DNA of 64,000 bases. It comes from an uncultured Planctomycetaceae bacterium (lineage in GTDB: Bacteria; Planctomycetota; Planctomycetia; Isosphaerales; Isosphaeraceae). The DNA lies in assembly GCA_963833985.1 (NCBI GenBank), contig CAWIAD010000002.1, positions 5,856,001-5,920,000 of the forward strand, written 5' to 3'. Position 1 is the first letter of the stretch. Every line of letters begins with the position of its first letter. This document shows positions 1-9,420 of this stretch, in pieces. The notes beneath the pieces are model-generated. The model was not told the origin of the DNA and searched no databases. It saw only the letters and a program-made list of their open reading frames with translations. The position numbers were made by a program, and so were the translations under genes.

Positions 1-978
1 GACCTTGACGTGATGCTGCTTGGTCACTGGAGGGCTCAACTTCACGGTACTGGTCTGGAATTCTGACAGTGTGAACTGCTGGCAAAACCCCCAGATGAGC
101 TGACTTGCGGGTACGGTCGTGATCAGGTTGCCTGTGCCCAAGCCGGCAGTCACATCCACGCCGCCCGGCCAGGTATGGCCGCCATTGGGCAAAGCGAAGA
201 GCACAACGGGTGCGCCAGTCTTTCCCTTCGCCGGTGCGTAATCGTACTCCGTGTGGTCGGTCTCGACGTCAACCGCCACTGCCGCGGACTGGCAGTGGTC
301 GGCCCGCTTCCACCAGTTGATCGTGTAGGCCACCCACGAGTAAGGTACCATCGGGTCCGCTTCTCCGTGAAAATGGATCACCGGAACTGGTCTCGGAGGG
401 GGGGGTTCCGTGATCGCCAGCAGCCCGGAGACCGTCCCGATCGCCACGATCTCGCTCGAGAGCTCGATGCCGAGCCGGTGGCACATCGAGGCGCCATTGC
501 TCATCCCCGTGGCGTAAATGCGGTTGGTGTCCACCGCCTCGTTTGAGGCCAGAACCCCGATGAGCGCGCGCACGAAGCCAACATCGTCGATCTTGTTGGT
601 CGACGCATAGTTCTTGGCCCCTGGACCCGAGTTCCAGGAAAGCTGGTTGGTGGGCCCCGTGCCGTTGGGATAGACCATGATGAAGCCGTGCTGATCGGCC
701 ACGTTGTTGAAGCCGCTCTGGAGCCGGAAGCTGACCGCACCCGGGCCCTGACCGTGGAAGCCAAGCATCAGCGGCAACTTCGTCGTGCCATAGTAATTCG
801 GTGGCGTGTGCACCAGGTAGGTGCGCTGGCGACCGGCATATGTCAACGTGTACTGGGGATCTTTGTAAGTTTGCGCCTTTGCGCTTGTGCACCAGGAGGC
901 AGTCACCAGAGTGGCCAGAAACCAGGCGGTGGCGTGGTTGGGCCAGGACCTTCTCGATCTCTGTATCATCGCATACAT
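1..978 (-). CDS. Secreted alpha/beta-hydrolase, PHB-depolymerase/LpqC-like esterase (3' end runs off the window)
   Basis: Not in the ORF track because it has no stop in the window. Read manually from ATG 978 (RBS GAGG upstream): signal-peptide-like N-terminus, RTYLVHTP, LGFHG, VYPNG, DDVGFV, nucleophile elbow GMSNG, FHGEAD, GGHTWPG. Confidence 0.85.
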   Translation of the reverse strand, partial: MYAMIQRSRRSWPNHATAWFLATLVTASWCTSAKAQTYKDPQYTLTYAGRQRTYLVHTPPNYYGTTKLPLMLGFHGQGPGAVSFRLQSGFNNVADQHGFIMVYPNGTGPTNQLSWNSGPGAKNYASTNKIDDVGFVRALIGVLASNEAVDTNRIYATGMSNGASMCHRLGIELSSEIVAIGTVSGLLAITEPPPPRPVPVIHFHGEADPMVPYSWVAYTINWWKRADHCQSAAVAVDVETDHTEYDYAPAKGKTGAPVVLFALPNGGHTWPGGVDVTAGLGTGNLITTVPASQLIWGFCQQFTLSEFQTSTVKLSPPVTKQHHVKV

Positions 979-1805
979 TGCGGATTCCTCTTGAAATGCA
1001 ACGAGGTGTGGTTTCCAACACGTGGAAACGTCTGCTGCCTTGGCCCCGTGACCAAGCAACACGGTCATGTGCCAAGCATAGAACATGTCCTACCGGAGTC
1101 TGAGATGAAGTTCAAAGGAATTTAAAAAATGATCGAGTGATTTTACAGTCACCAAGGCATGCGTTGTCGGCTGCGAGGTGTTTTGATTCCATCCAGGCAG
1201 GATTTCAATCCGGTCATTGGGTGGGCCGCCGCCAGAACGGCTTGTTGCGGCCACATGGCGAGCCATTCCCAGGCATCTGGCTCATTGAGCACTCTAGTAC
1301 AATTTCCCATCGCCTCGTGCACTGTGAGTCGATGCATGAAGCTTGCGGGTGGCCTGTGCAGCCACGTGCACCAGCCACGCTTGGGCGGTCGCATCAAAAC
1401 ATCTGCCGCCGGTCGTAGCACCCGGGCCCACGCCGGACTTCCCGGTTGGCCGGGAGAAAGTTCGCAACGCCTGGAATCATCGCTCCATGCTGCCAGACGG
1501 AGGCTCGGTGGCTCAGTGCACGGTGGCCGAGCGACTGCCCCGAGACTCGATGGTTCCTCGACCGCGACGCTGTCAGCGGCGAATGCGCCGGGAAGCCCGT
1601 GCACACGCTCGGCCCTGACGGCAAATCCCAGCCCGGTCTGGATGCGGGTGGCAGCGACCGGTTCTTCCGGAACCTCACGGACGCGCGGACCTTGCGGGCG
1701 GCTCCTGGCCGAACCGCTGAGTGATTGTGGAGAACTCGAGACGCCGTTAGATTGATTGCGGTCCCGGCCTATCGCAGTGGCCCTTTGATTTGTGAGGCAT
1801 CGTCC

Positions 1806-2891
1806 ATGTCCATGAGACTCTTCGTTCGACTTGCCGCGACGAGCTGCGGCCTTGTCTTGCTGGCAGTCATGGCGGCAATTGCGCAAGACGCCGGCAAGCC
1901 TGTGTTCCACTCACTGGCCGAACTGGACGCTCACTACAAGCAGCGGGCGAGTGAACTCGATCGCAGCAAGGTCCTCGATCTGGCAGACCTTGCGGAACGA
2001 TCGGCCGGTCTGGAGGCGGAGGCGGCCTATCGAGAGGTCTTCGACCTGGCCATCACCCGAGGTTTCTTCAAATCGGCCGAGCCGGCCGCACGCGCTTACC
2101 TGTCGCATCACGGGGGGGCGCCACAGTCCCAGGCGCTCGCGGCGATGATCTCGCTGATTGCCCAGGCAGATCGCGGAGAATACGACCAGTCGCTTGCCGA
2201 CCTGGAAGCGTTCCTCAAGAGCCGCGCAGCCGCCCAGATACCGGAGGAACAGAGACTCCCTCCGCAGCTTCTCTTCGCCGTGGGCGAAGCCTATCTTCAA
2301 AGGCTGTTTCAGGGGGGGCGTTACGACATCGCCCGCAAGGTCTGCCGGCTCGCGATTGAGAACCGGTCCCATCCCGCCATCAAGGCTCACTTCGAGGATC
2401 GCCAGGCGCGGCTGGACATGATCGGCAAGCCCGCGCCCGGCATCGACGGGAGCGACGTCGACGGCAGACCGGTCCGCCTCGCCGACCTCAAGGGGAAGGT
2501 CGTCCTGGTCGATTTCTGGGCCACATGGTGCCCTCCCTGCGTCGCTTCCTTTCCGGCCCTGCGGCAGCTTTCCCACGACTTTGGGGATCGGGGTTTCGCC
2601 ATACTCGGGGTGAATCTCGACGACCTGGCCCGACAGGAATCCGGCCAACCGGCGGCCAGGGCCGAGCCCGCCGTCGCCGAGGTCCGGTCGTTCCTCTTGG
2701 CGCAACGAGCAGGCTGGATCAACCTTGTCGGGCCGGGGGCCATTGCCGCGGCCAGGGCATACGCAGTCAAGGACATCCCGGCCAGTTTCCTGGTCGACCG
2801 CGACGGGAAAATCGTCCACATCGAGCTCGAGCAGCCGGCCCTCGCCAGGACGCTTGGCAAGATGCTGGGAGCACCGGCGAGCAACCCCTGA
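1806..2891 (+). CDS. TlpA/redoxin-family thiol-disulfide oxidoreductase with N-terminal helical domain
   Basis: LADLKGKVVLVDFWATWCPPC motif, IPASFLVDRDGKI, hydrophobic signal peptide. Start chosen at ATG 1806. Confidence 0.9.
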   Translation: MSMRLFVRLAATSCGLVLLAVMAAIAQDAGKPVFHSLAELDAHYKQRASELDRSKVLDLADLAERSAGLEAEAAYREVFDLAITRGFFKSAEPAARAYLSHHGGAPQSQALAAMISLIAQADRGEYDQSLADLEAFLKSRAAAQIPEEQRLPPQLLFAVGEAYLQRLFQGGRYDIARKVCRLAIENRSHPAIKAHFEDRQARLDMIGKPAPGIDGSDVDGRPVRLADLKGKVVLVDFWATWCPPCVASFPALRQLSHDFGDRGFAILGVNLDDLARQESGQPAARAEPAVAEVRSFLLAQRAGWINLVGPGAIAAARAYAVKDIPASFLVDRDGKIVHIELEQPALARTLGKMLGAPASNP

Positions 2892-2910
2892 AAGGAAGAG
2901 ACCCTCAGCC

Positions 2911-3651
2911 TCAGACGCCGCCCAGCGAGTCGAGAGAGTGTTCGAGGCTGGAAAGGAACTGGAGCAGCCTCTGGGAGGACTGCCGGCCCTGGCTTGCGGC
3001 CTTGTTCAGAGCCGGGTGCCCGTAGGCGTAGAGCCGTTCCTTGGCCTCGACGACGTTATGGACCGAGGCCTTGCCGCTGTCCTTGAACTCCTGAAAGGCC
3101 ACCTTGATGGCCGACTCGGCAGCCGCTCTCGACTTGCCCAGTTCACCACTCCCGGGAGTATTGACGGGCCAGAGTACCTTGCCCTCGGAGGAAAGGACCT
3201 GGTTGAGGGCCAGCAGCTTGTTCGCCTGTGGCCCCTTCGGCTGCATCGTCCTGGGAGTCTTTTTGCGGACGTCGTACCGCAGCTCCATTCCCGGCATTTG
3301 GTTCTGATTCTGCAACGTATTCATCGCGGCGTCGGGGATGTTCTGGTTCGCTCCCTGGTATACCCCGGCCGCCCCCATGCCGTACACGCCATAGGGCGCG
3401 GGGGCGGTTCCGCCGTTATACTGCGGCTGCATCGTCGGGCCCGACGGTGAGGCCCCGGCGCTTCCCACGCCGTATCGCATGAAGCCATAGTTGTAATTCA
3501 GACTGCCGTAAGGGACGCTCCAGTTGTAGTTGGCCGTGCCATAGCCGGGGAACTGCTGGGCCGCAATCGAAGCTCCTGCCGTGACCGCAAGGACCACCTT
3601 GACGGACCGCAAGGACGCCGATCGGAGAGCTCCACTTTGATTCAGGCGCAT
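2911..3651 (-). CDS. Hypothetical secreted protein (Gly/Tyr/Pro-rich N-terminus, helical C-terminus)
   Basis: 3' part of ORF 2911..4347, with signal-like VVLAVTAGASIAAQ. The upstream part of that ORF overlaps the divergent gene, so the start is uncertain. Confidence 0.65.
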   Translation of the reverse strand: MRLNQSGALRSASLRSVKVVLAVTAGASIAAQQFPGYGTANYNWSVPYGSLNYNYGFMRYGVGSAGASPSGPTMQPQYNGGTAPAPYGVYGMGAAGVYQGANQNIPDAAMNTLQNQNQMPGMELRYDVRKKTPRTMQPKGPQANKLLALNQVLSSEGKVLWPVNTPGSGELGKSRAAAESAIKVAFQEFKDSGKASVHNVVEAKERLYAYGHPALNKAASQGRQSSQRLLQFLSSLEHSLDSLGGV

Positions 3652-4066
3652 GGCAAGCCTCTTCTGCCTTTCATCCATCACGTTGTGGTTCGCTTCATCA
3701 TTCTGCGGATTCGGACCGTGGCAGGCAATAGCCCCGACCATGCTGATGGCCGTTCCACGCGACAGGCAGAAACCAGCCTCGATTTCAGGAGGAGGCCTCC
3801 TCTCATCCCGGGGTGGGGTGACTGATCCTGGTTCGAGAAAAACTTGAAAAGCGGATTGGCGCCCCTTATTCTCCTTGGAATCCGTGTCCACCCCCGCGCT
3901 CCCAGCGGGTGATGAGCATGCCGCATTCACTTCTTCATTCGCCGTCCGGGTCGCCGAGGCAGGGGAACCGGATGCCTCGGGATTCGTGGCTTCGCTCCCT
4001 TCGGGTTCCGGCCGGTAAGGTTGATGAAGCTGACGGTTACGGTTGCGTATCCGATGAGCTTCCCTC

Positions 4067-6112
4067 ATGTCCAGAGCAACGAGGTGGATGATGCTGGTCG
4101 GCTGGCAGCGATTCGATCGGGTTTCACGATGCGAATGGAGCAGGTCCGGGCTCATCGCGAGCGTGGCCCTGGCCGCAGGACTCGGCATCATGTCTCCGGC
4201 ACGCGCGCAGCAGGGCCCTTCCGAGGCGGAGGAACCCGCGCTCTCGAAGCGGCTCAAGAGGATTGACGAAAACGACCTGCTGGAGGGCCGGTACCCCCTC
4301 CGCGAGATCACGGAGGTTGGACGCCATCTCTTCACGACGCCCTTCACGAAGGCAGACGGCTACGGCGAGGGGGGTCGTCCAGACGGCAAGGGAGGATTCG
4401 AGATCGGGCCCCGTGAGGCGATGTTCCGAGAGAAACTCGAGGAGTTCCGGGCCGAGACGAGATCAGGACTGACCGCAGATGAGCTCCGGGCATACTTGAA
4501 TTTCCCGAAACCGGAAGTCAATCCAAACACGAAGGCGATCGTCTTCCCCTACCTCCGGATGAACGGCCTGGACTCGCAGAGCTGTTTCGAGTGTCACGAC
4601 TCGATCGGCTCGGCGCGATTGCCCGACACTCGTACCCACGCACTGACGCGCAAGCAGAGCACGGTTGGCGGCTCGGCCGGGTTCGTGTCGACCGCATTCA
4701 TCAACGAAGACCTTCCAAAACATACCTTCATGTTCGTCAGGAACCCACCACACGTCTTTGGCACCGCCTATGCCCAGGAGCTTGCCGAGGAGATGACCCA
4801 GGACTTGCACGCGCTGCGGGCCCAGGCCGTGAACGATGCTCTCAGCTCCGTCAACCACGACGGGTCCCGACAGTTGATGTCAAAGGGAGTGGATTTCGGC
4901 ACGATCAGCGTCACTTACACGGGGAACCCCGCCCAGAAGCCGGACCTCCAGAGCGTCCTCGATCAGCTGAACGAGAACCCTAACCAGGATCCTCCGGGCT
5001 TCACGATCGACCGGGACAATCTCGCCGGGATCAGTGTCGACCTCGTCGTCCGCCCGTTCCAGTGGAAGGGAATCGCCTCGAACGAGCGGAACTTCGTGCG
5101 TGACGCGTTCCAGTTCCACTTCGGGATGGAGGCTCGGGAGAAGAACCCCGGGTTCAACACCAAGGACGAGGACCATGATCAGGACAAGGACGGGGTCAAG
5201 GACGAGCTGACCCTGGGTGATGTGTCGGCCCTGACCATCTATACCATGACAATCCGCCCCCCGTTCGAGGTCAGCGCCGTCTCCCAGTCCGACCGCGTCA
5301 AGGCCGACCGGGGCCGAACGATCTTCCGCGGCGAGGCGGTGTTCTCCCAAGGAGTCTCGTGCGCGCGTTGCCACACCCCGTCGCTCCCGCTGAACGACCA
5401 GGTTGTTGTCGTCCACGACCCGATCCGCGAGATGGAGAAGTATGGACCGCAGGAACTTGTCGGCAACCGGGCGGGCCTCTCAACGCAGGTCAAGTCCAGC
5501 GCCCAGCTGCCGGCCGTGCGCCGGCTCAAGGACCTGGACATCGCCTCGGTCGTCAAGAAAGGAGGCGCCGTTCTCGACACTCTCCGCAGGGACAGGACTC
5601 GCTACGAACTGGCCGTGATGTCTGCCAAGGATCGCAGGAAGGACGGCTACGCCTTCAACCTGACGACGCTCCAGCCGGCCAACGCCGACCCCGTGGCGAA
5701 CCAGGAGACTTCTGCCCCCATGTCGCAGTCCTTGCCGCGCCTGCCTGCCGGCGATAAGGGGATTGACGTCCCCCTGTTCAGCGACCTGCGCCGTCACAAG
5801 ATGGGCAAGGGCCTCAAGGAAAGGGACGGGTTCCGCCAAAAGACGGACGCGGCCGGGATCGCAGTCCCCGAGGACGAGTTCATGACAAGGCCGCTCTGGG
5901 GGGTGGGGGATACCGGTCCCTGGCTGCACGATGGCCGGGCCCAGTCCTTGAAGGAGGCAATCCTCCTGCACGAGTCCGATGGCAGCGAAGCCAACGACGT
6001 CATCGAGGCGTTTCGCAAGTTGAGCGATGACGACCAGGAGGCGATTGTGGCGTTCCTGCTCACCCTGCGGCTGCCGGTCGACCCCCGTTACGGGTTCGAC
6101 GACTATCGCTGA
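4067..6112 (+). CDS. Di-heme oxidoreductase family (DHOR/DUF1111-like) c-type cytochrome
   Basis: Two CxxCH motifs (CFECH, CARCH), PFQWKG, FSDLRRHKMG, C-terminal TRPLWGVGDTGPWLHDGRA; signal-like segment before AQQ. Confidence 0.85.
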   Translation: MSRATRWMMLVGWQRFDRVSRCEWSRSGLIASVALAAGLGIMSPARAQQGPSEAEEPALSKRLKRIDENDLLEGRYPLREITEVGRHLFTTPFTKADGYGEGGRPDGKGGFEIGPREAMFREKLEEFRAETRSGLTADELRAYLNFPKPEVNPNTKAIVFPYLRMNGLDSQSCFECHDSIGSARLPDTRTHALTRKQSTVGGSAGFVSTAFINEDLPKHTFMFVRNPPHVFGTAYAQELAEEMTQDLHALRAQAVNDALSSVNHDGSRQLMSKGVDFGTISVTYTGNPAQKPDLQSVLDQLNENPNQDPPGFTIDRDNLAGISVDLVVRPFQWKGIASNERNFVRDAFQFHFGMEAREKNPGFNTKDEDHDQDKDGVKDELTLGDVSALTIYTMTIRPPFEVSAVSQSDRVKADRGRTIFRGEAVFSQGVSCARCHTPSLPLNDQVVVVHDPIREMEKYGPQELVGNRAGLSTQVKSSAQLPAVRRLKDLDIASVVKKGGAVLDTLRRDRTRYELAVMSAKDRRKDGYAFNLTTLQPANADPVANQETSAPMSQSLPRLPAGDKGIDVPLFSDLRRHKMGKGLKERDGFRQKTDAAGIAVPEDEFMTRPLWGVGDTGPWLHDGRAQSLKEAILLHESDGSEANDVIEAFRKLSDDDQEAIVAFLLTLRLPVDPRYGFDDYR

Positions 6113-6241
6113 CGTGCGCATGCCTGGCTCAGCCCGCGGATTGATTGGACTACCCCGGACCCGGCACGATCCGACGCGAGACGGCGGAGGGCGCGTGCCA
6201 CGTCACGCGTTGCTTCCGCGGGCTGAGTGTTCTGGACCTTC

Positions 6242-8173
6242 TCAGCCTTTTCTCGATCGCTGCTCTTTGATCGGCGGCCGCTCACACGATGCTTCAGCGG
6301 TCGAATCAATGGACGGGAGGGTGCGTCCGGCCCGGCCGTGGTCCTGCCACCACCGGGCCGCATGATCACGGTCCCAGACGGGTGCGCAGGCGCATTCACC
6401 CAGGGCGCGCTCCAGGCTTGAGGCATCGGCGTAGCGCTCGGCCGGGTCCTTGGCCAGACACCGCAGCACGACCCGCTCGAGGTCCTCCGTGATGCCAGCG
6501 TGGACTTGCGAGGGCGGCACCACGGGATCGCGAGCATGCGTGATCAGCACCGCGATCCCATTCTCACCCTCGAACGGCGCCCGGCCGGTGAGCACGTAGT
6601 AGGCCACTGCGCCCAGAGAGTATATGTCGCTCCGCTCATCCACTTCCCGGCCGCCCATCGCCTGCTCCGGTGACATGAACAGAGGCGTACCGAGGATCTG
6701 GCCTTCGGCACTCAGGTGGGCCGAGCGAGCCGTCGCCGCTGGCCGGACCAGGCCGAAGTCGAGCAGCTTGGCCACGTCGTCTGCACCCCCACGCCGCGCG
6801 GCGAAGATGTTCGCCGGTTTGATGTCGCGGTGGATCAGGCCCGCCGCGTGGGCCTCGCGAAGCGCTCCGCAAACCTGGCGCAGCAGATACACCACCCGCG
6901 CCGGCGCCAGAGGTCCGTATAGCTCCACCATCTCGGCCAGGCTCAGGCCGTCCAGGTATTCCATGACGTAGTAGTAAGTCCCGTCCTCGGCCCGGCCGTA
7001 GTCGAAAATCTCGACGGTGTTCAGGTGGGAGAGAGTCGCGGTGAGCTGGACCTCGCGCTCGAACCGCTCCAGGTTTCTCGGGTCGGTGGCGCTGTCCGGC
7101 CGGATCAGCTTCAGAGCGCAGGGACGCTTCAGGAGCTGATGCTCGGCCAGGTAGACCTCTCCCATCCCCCCGGCGCCAATCCGCCGCAGGAGGCGATACT
7201 GGCCGAGCTGACGGGCCTCGGCCACTTGCCGGCGCAGCCGCGAGATCGTGCGCGTTCCGAAGGTCGCCCCGACGGCCAGGATGAGCAGGATCAACGCGTC
7301 GAAGCCCAGAAGCAGGATCCGCGGGGTCGCCTGATTCTTTCTCCACCCCTGTCCCAGCCATTCCATCGCCTGGGGATACCGCAGGTAGAGGACCAGCAAG
7401 GTGGCGAAGGGCAGTAGCGCCAGCGGCCCGACCACCAGCGCGGCGGAGCGCCAGCTCTTCGGAACGTGCATTCCGGTGGTCAGGATCAGGATGGAAGTCA
7501 ACAGCACGATGTTCTTCATCGTCAACTGCGCCATCATGCGGTCGTCTTGCAGCGAGAAATCGAGCATGAGGCGGTACTGGACGATCGTCAGCCGGCTCGC
7601 CATCATCCCGACCATCGCCAGCTCCAGGGCCCTGAGCCAGTGCAGCGCGATGTGCTGCTGGCTCCAGAGCAGCACGAGGATGCCGCCGAGGCTGGCGATG
7701 ACGATCGCATCAAGGTAATAAAGCGCCAGATCGTGACTTGCCAGGACGTCGCGCCTCCAGAACGTCGCCATGACCAGGATCACGATATAGATGATCGGCA
7801 GGTCGCGCAGCCGGGCCCGCACCACGGACGGGGGCTCGGAGACCGGCTGTTCCCCGTCTTGCGGCGCGATCGCCTGCCTGGGGGTGAACCCACAGGTGCC
7901 GTCGGTGAACACTCCCCTGGCCGGACCAGCCGGCCCCGGCTCCGGCGCTGGGCGGACGGCGGCGCGGGGTGCCCAGCTTCCCGTCTCCTGGGGAGGGGGC
8001 AAGAGCCCATACCTGTCCGCCCGCTCGTCCTGAGCGAGGAGGTGGCAGACACGGGCTCGCAGGTCATCGTCCTGACCGCAGACGGCGCGCAGCCAGGCCT
8101 CCCTTCCGGCGGGGCTGATCTGGACGGCGGCATCGAACAGCTTGCCAATCTGTCGCCAGCGCTCCGGCGTCAC
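6242..8173 (-). CDS. Hanks-type Ser/Thr protein kinase with N-terminal multi-TM region
   Basis: IGAGGMGEVY, ALKLI, HRDIKPAN, DFGLV, GTPLFMSPE, DIYSLG. N-terminus MTPERW...FDAA is typical of ECF-associated kinases. Confidence 0.95.
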   Translation of the reverse strand: MTPERWRQIGKLFDAAVQISPAGREAWLRAVCGQDDDLRARVCHLLAQDERADRYGLLPPPQETGSWAPRAAVRPAPEPGPAGPARGVFTDGTCGFTPRQAIAPQDGEQPVSEPPSVVRARLRDLPIIYIVILVMATFWRRDVLASHDLALYYLDAIVIASLGGILVLLWSQQHIALHWLRALELAMVGMMASRLTIVQYRLMLDFSLQDDRMMAQLTMKNIVLLTSILILTTGMHVPKSWRSAALVVGPLALLPFATLLVLYLRYPQAMEWLGQGWRKNQATPRILLLGFDALILLILAVGATFGTRTISRLRRQVAEARQLGQYRLLRRIGAGGMGEVYLAEHQLLKRPCALKLIRPDSATDPRNLERFEREVQLTATLSHLNTVEIFDYGRAEDGTYYYVMEYLDGLSLAEMVELYGPLAPARVVYLLRQVCGALREAHAAGLIHRDIKPANIFAARRGGADDVAKLLDFGLVRPAATARSAHLSAEGQILGTPLFMSPEQAMGGREVDERSDIYSLGAVAYYVLTGRAPFEGENGIAVLITHARDPVVPPSQVHAGITEDLERVVLRCLAKDPAERYADASSLERALGECACAPVWDRDHAARWWQDHGRAGRTLPSIDSTAEASCERPPIKEQRSRKG

Positions 8174-8751
8174 CCGTCCCCTCCCCCGAGCTGGCCGGCG
8201 AGCCAGGCCCGTGCCAGTCGCCAGTCCCGCTCCACCGTCACCACCGAGACTCCCAGAGCCGCGGCGACCTCCGCGACCGTGAACCCGCCGAAGTACCGCA
8301 GCGTCATGATCTGTGCCTGCCTCCCGTCCAGCTCGGCCAGCCGATCGAGGGCCTCGTGGACCGCAACGACATCCAGCCCCTGCGCCTCGAAGTAGTCCAC
8401 GGCGGAGTCGAGCGGCACGCGCCGTCGGCCCCCTCCGCGGCGATCGGCGGCCCGCCGTCGCGCGTGGTCGATAAGCACCTCCCGCATCACCCGCGCAGCC
8501 GACGCGAACACGTGGCTGCGGTCGGACGCCTTGTCGAAGACGGCCTCACCCAGCAACCGAATCACGGCCTCGTGGACCACCGCGGTGGGCGAGAGGGTGT
8601 GGTCGGGCCGCTCCCTCCGCATCATCCGCGAGGCGACCCGCCGCAGCTCGTCATAAACCAGTGCCACGCGCTCGTCCCGGGCTTGCTCGTCCCCGGCCCA
8701 GGGCTTCCCCAGGATGAGCGTCAGGTCCCGTATTGGTTCAGCATCCATCAT
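8170..8751 (-). CDS. ECF sigma factor, kinase-associated type (TIGR02999/ECF43-like)
   Basis: VYDELRRVA, HTLSPTAVVHEA, MREVLIDHARRR, LRYFGG..EVA..LGVS..TVERDW. Stop overlaps the kinase start (GTGA). Confidence 0.92.
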   Translation of the reverse strand: MMDAEPIRDLTLILGKPWAGDEQARDERVALVYDELRRVASRMMRRERPDHTLSPTAVVHEAVIRLLGEAVFDKASDRSHVFASAARVMREVLIDHARRRAADRRGGGRRRVPLDSAVDYFEAQGLDVVAVHEALDRLAELDGRQAQIMTLRYFGGFTVAEVAAALGVSVVTVERDWRLARAWLAGQLGGGDG

Positions 8752-9420
8752 CCCTCCATCAAGAAAACCATGAAGGGTTATCCCGACATTCTTCGCGGTA
8801 CTGATCAGGAGGACAAGGAGTGGACGGCATTCGAGGCCAGGGCAAGGCGACCTCGACGCTCCGTTGACCCATCACCGTCTTGAGCGGAATCACCCCAATG
8901 CTTGCACCATTGATCCTCGACTTGCTCTTCGCTTCGCTGCTCTTGTTAGTGGCCGGATGGGCGAGCGACGCTTTCCGCGCGATGATCATGGCGGTCTGCG
9001 TTCGGCGGGGACAAGGGACTGGCACCGGCTGAGCCGCCTGCGGACACCGTGACCCTTGGACGACCCAGGCGCGAGGTGGACCACTCGGCTTCCACCGGGA
9101 AGCCACAGCCCCGTGACGACTCCCATCGTGATCATTCTCGCCCGGACGATATTCTCAGGACGTCCGAAACGGCAGGCTGCCGGTGAGATGCCACCGGTGC
9201 AGGAAGGGGTCCGGTAACCGACGCCGTCGGAGAGCCACCCGGCCAGGCGCCGATCGAACTCGATCTGACCCTTGGGGAGCCATAGCGGCCGGAACCGACA
9301 TCCCGAGCTCCCGGGGTGACAAGGTCCCTGATTCGACGGCGTGTGCTGCCGTTCAGACGGAATGAGGAGCCAGACGGGAGACCCGGGCCAGACTGTCAAA
9401 TCCGCTAGAGTACAGGCTAT

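Noticed and set aside
269..1075. 268-aa minus-strand ORF from the track
   Set aside because: Wrong frame; the esterase motifs are in the frame starting at 978, which runs off the window.
8760..9420. ORFs upstream of the first ECF gene
   Set aside because: Short overlapping frames without motifs or a clear RBS; cannot be supported.
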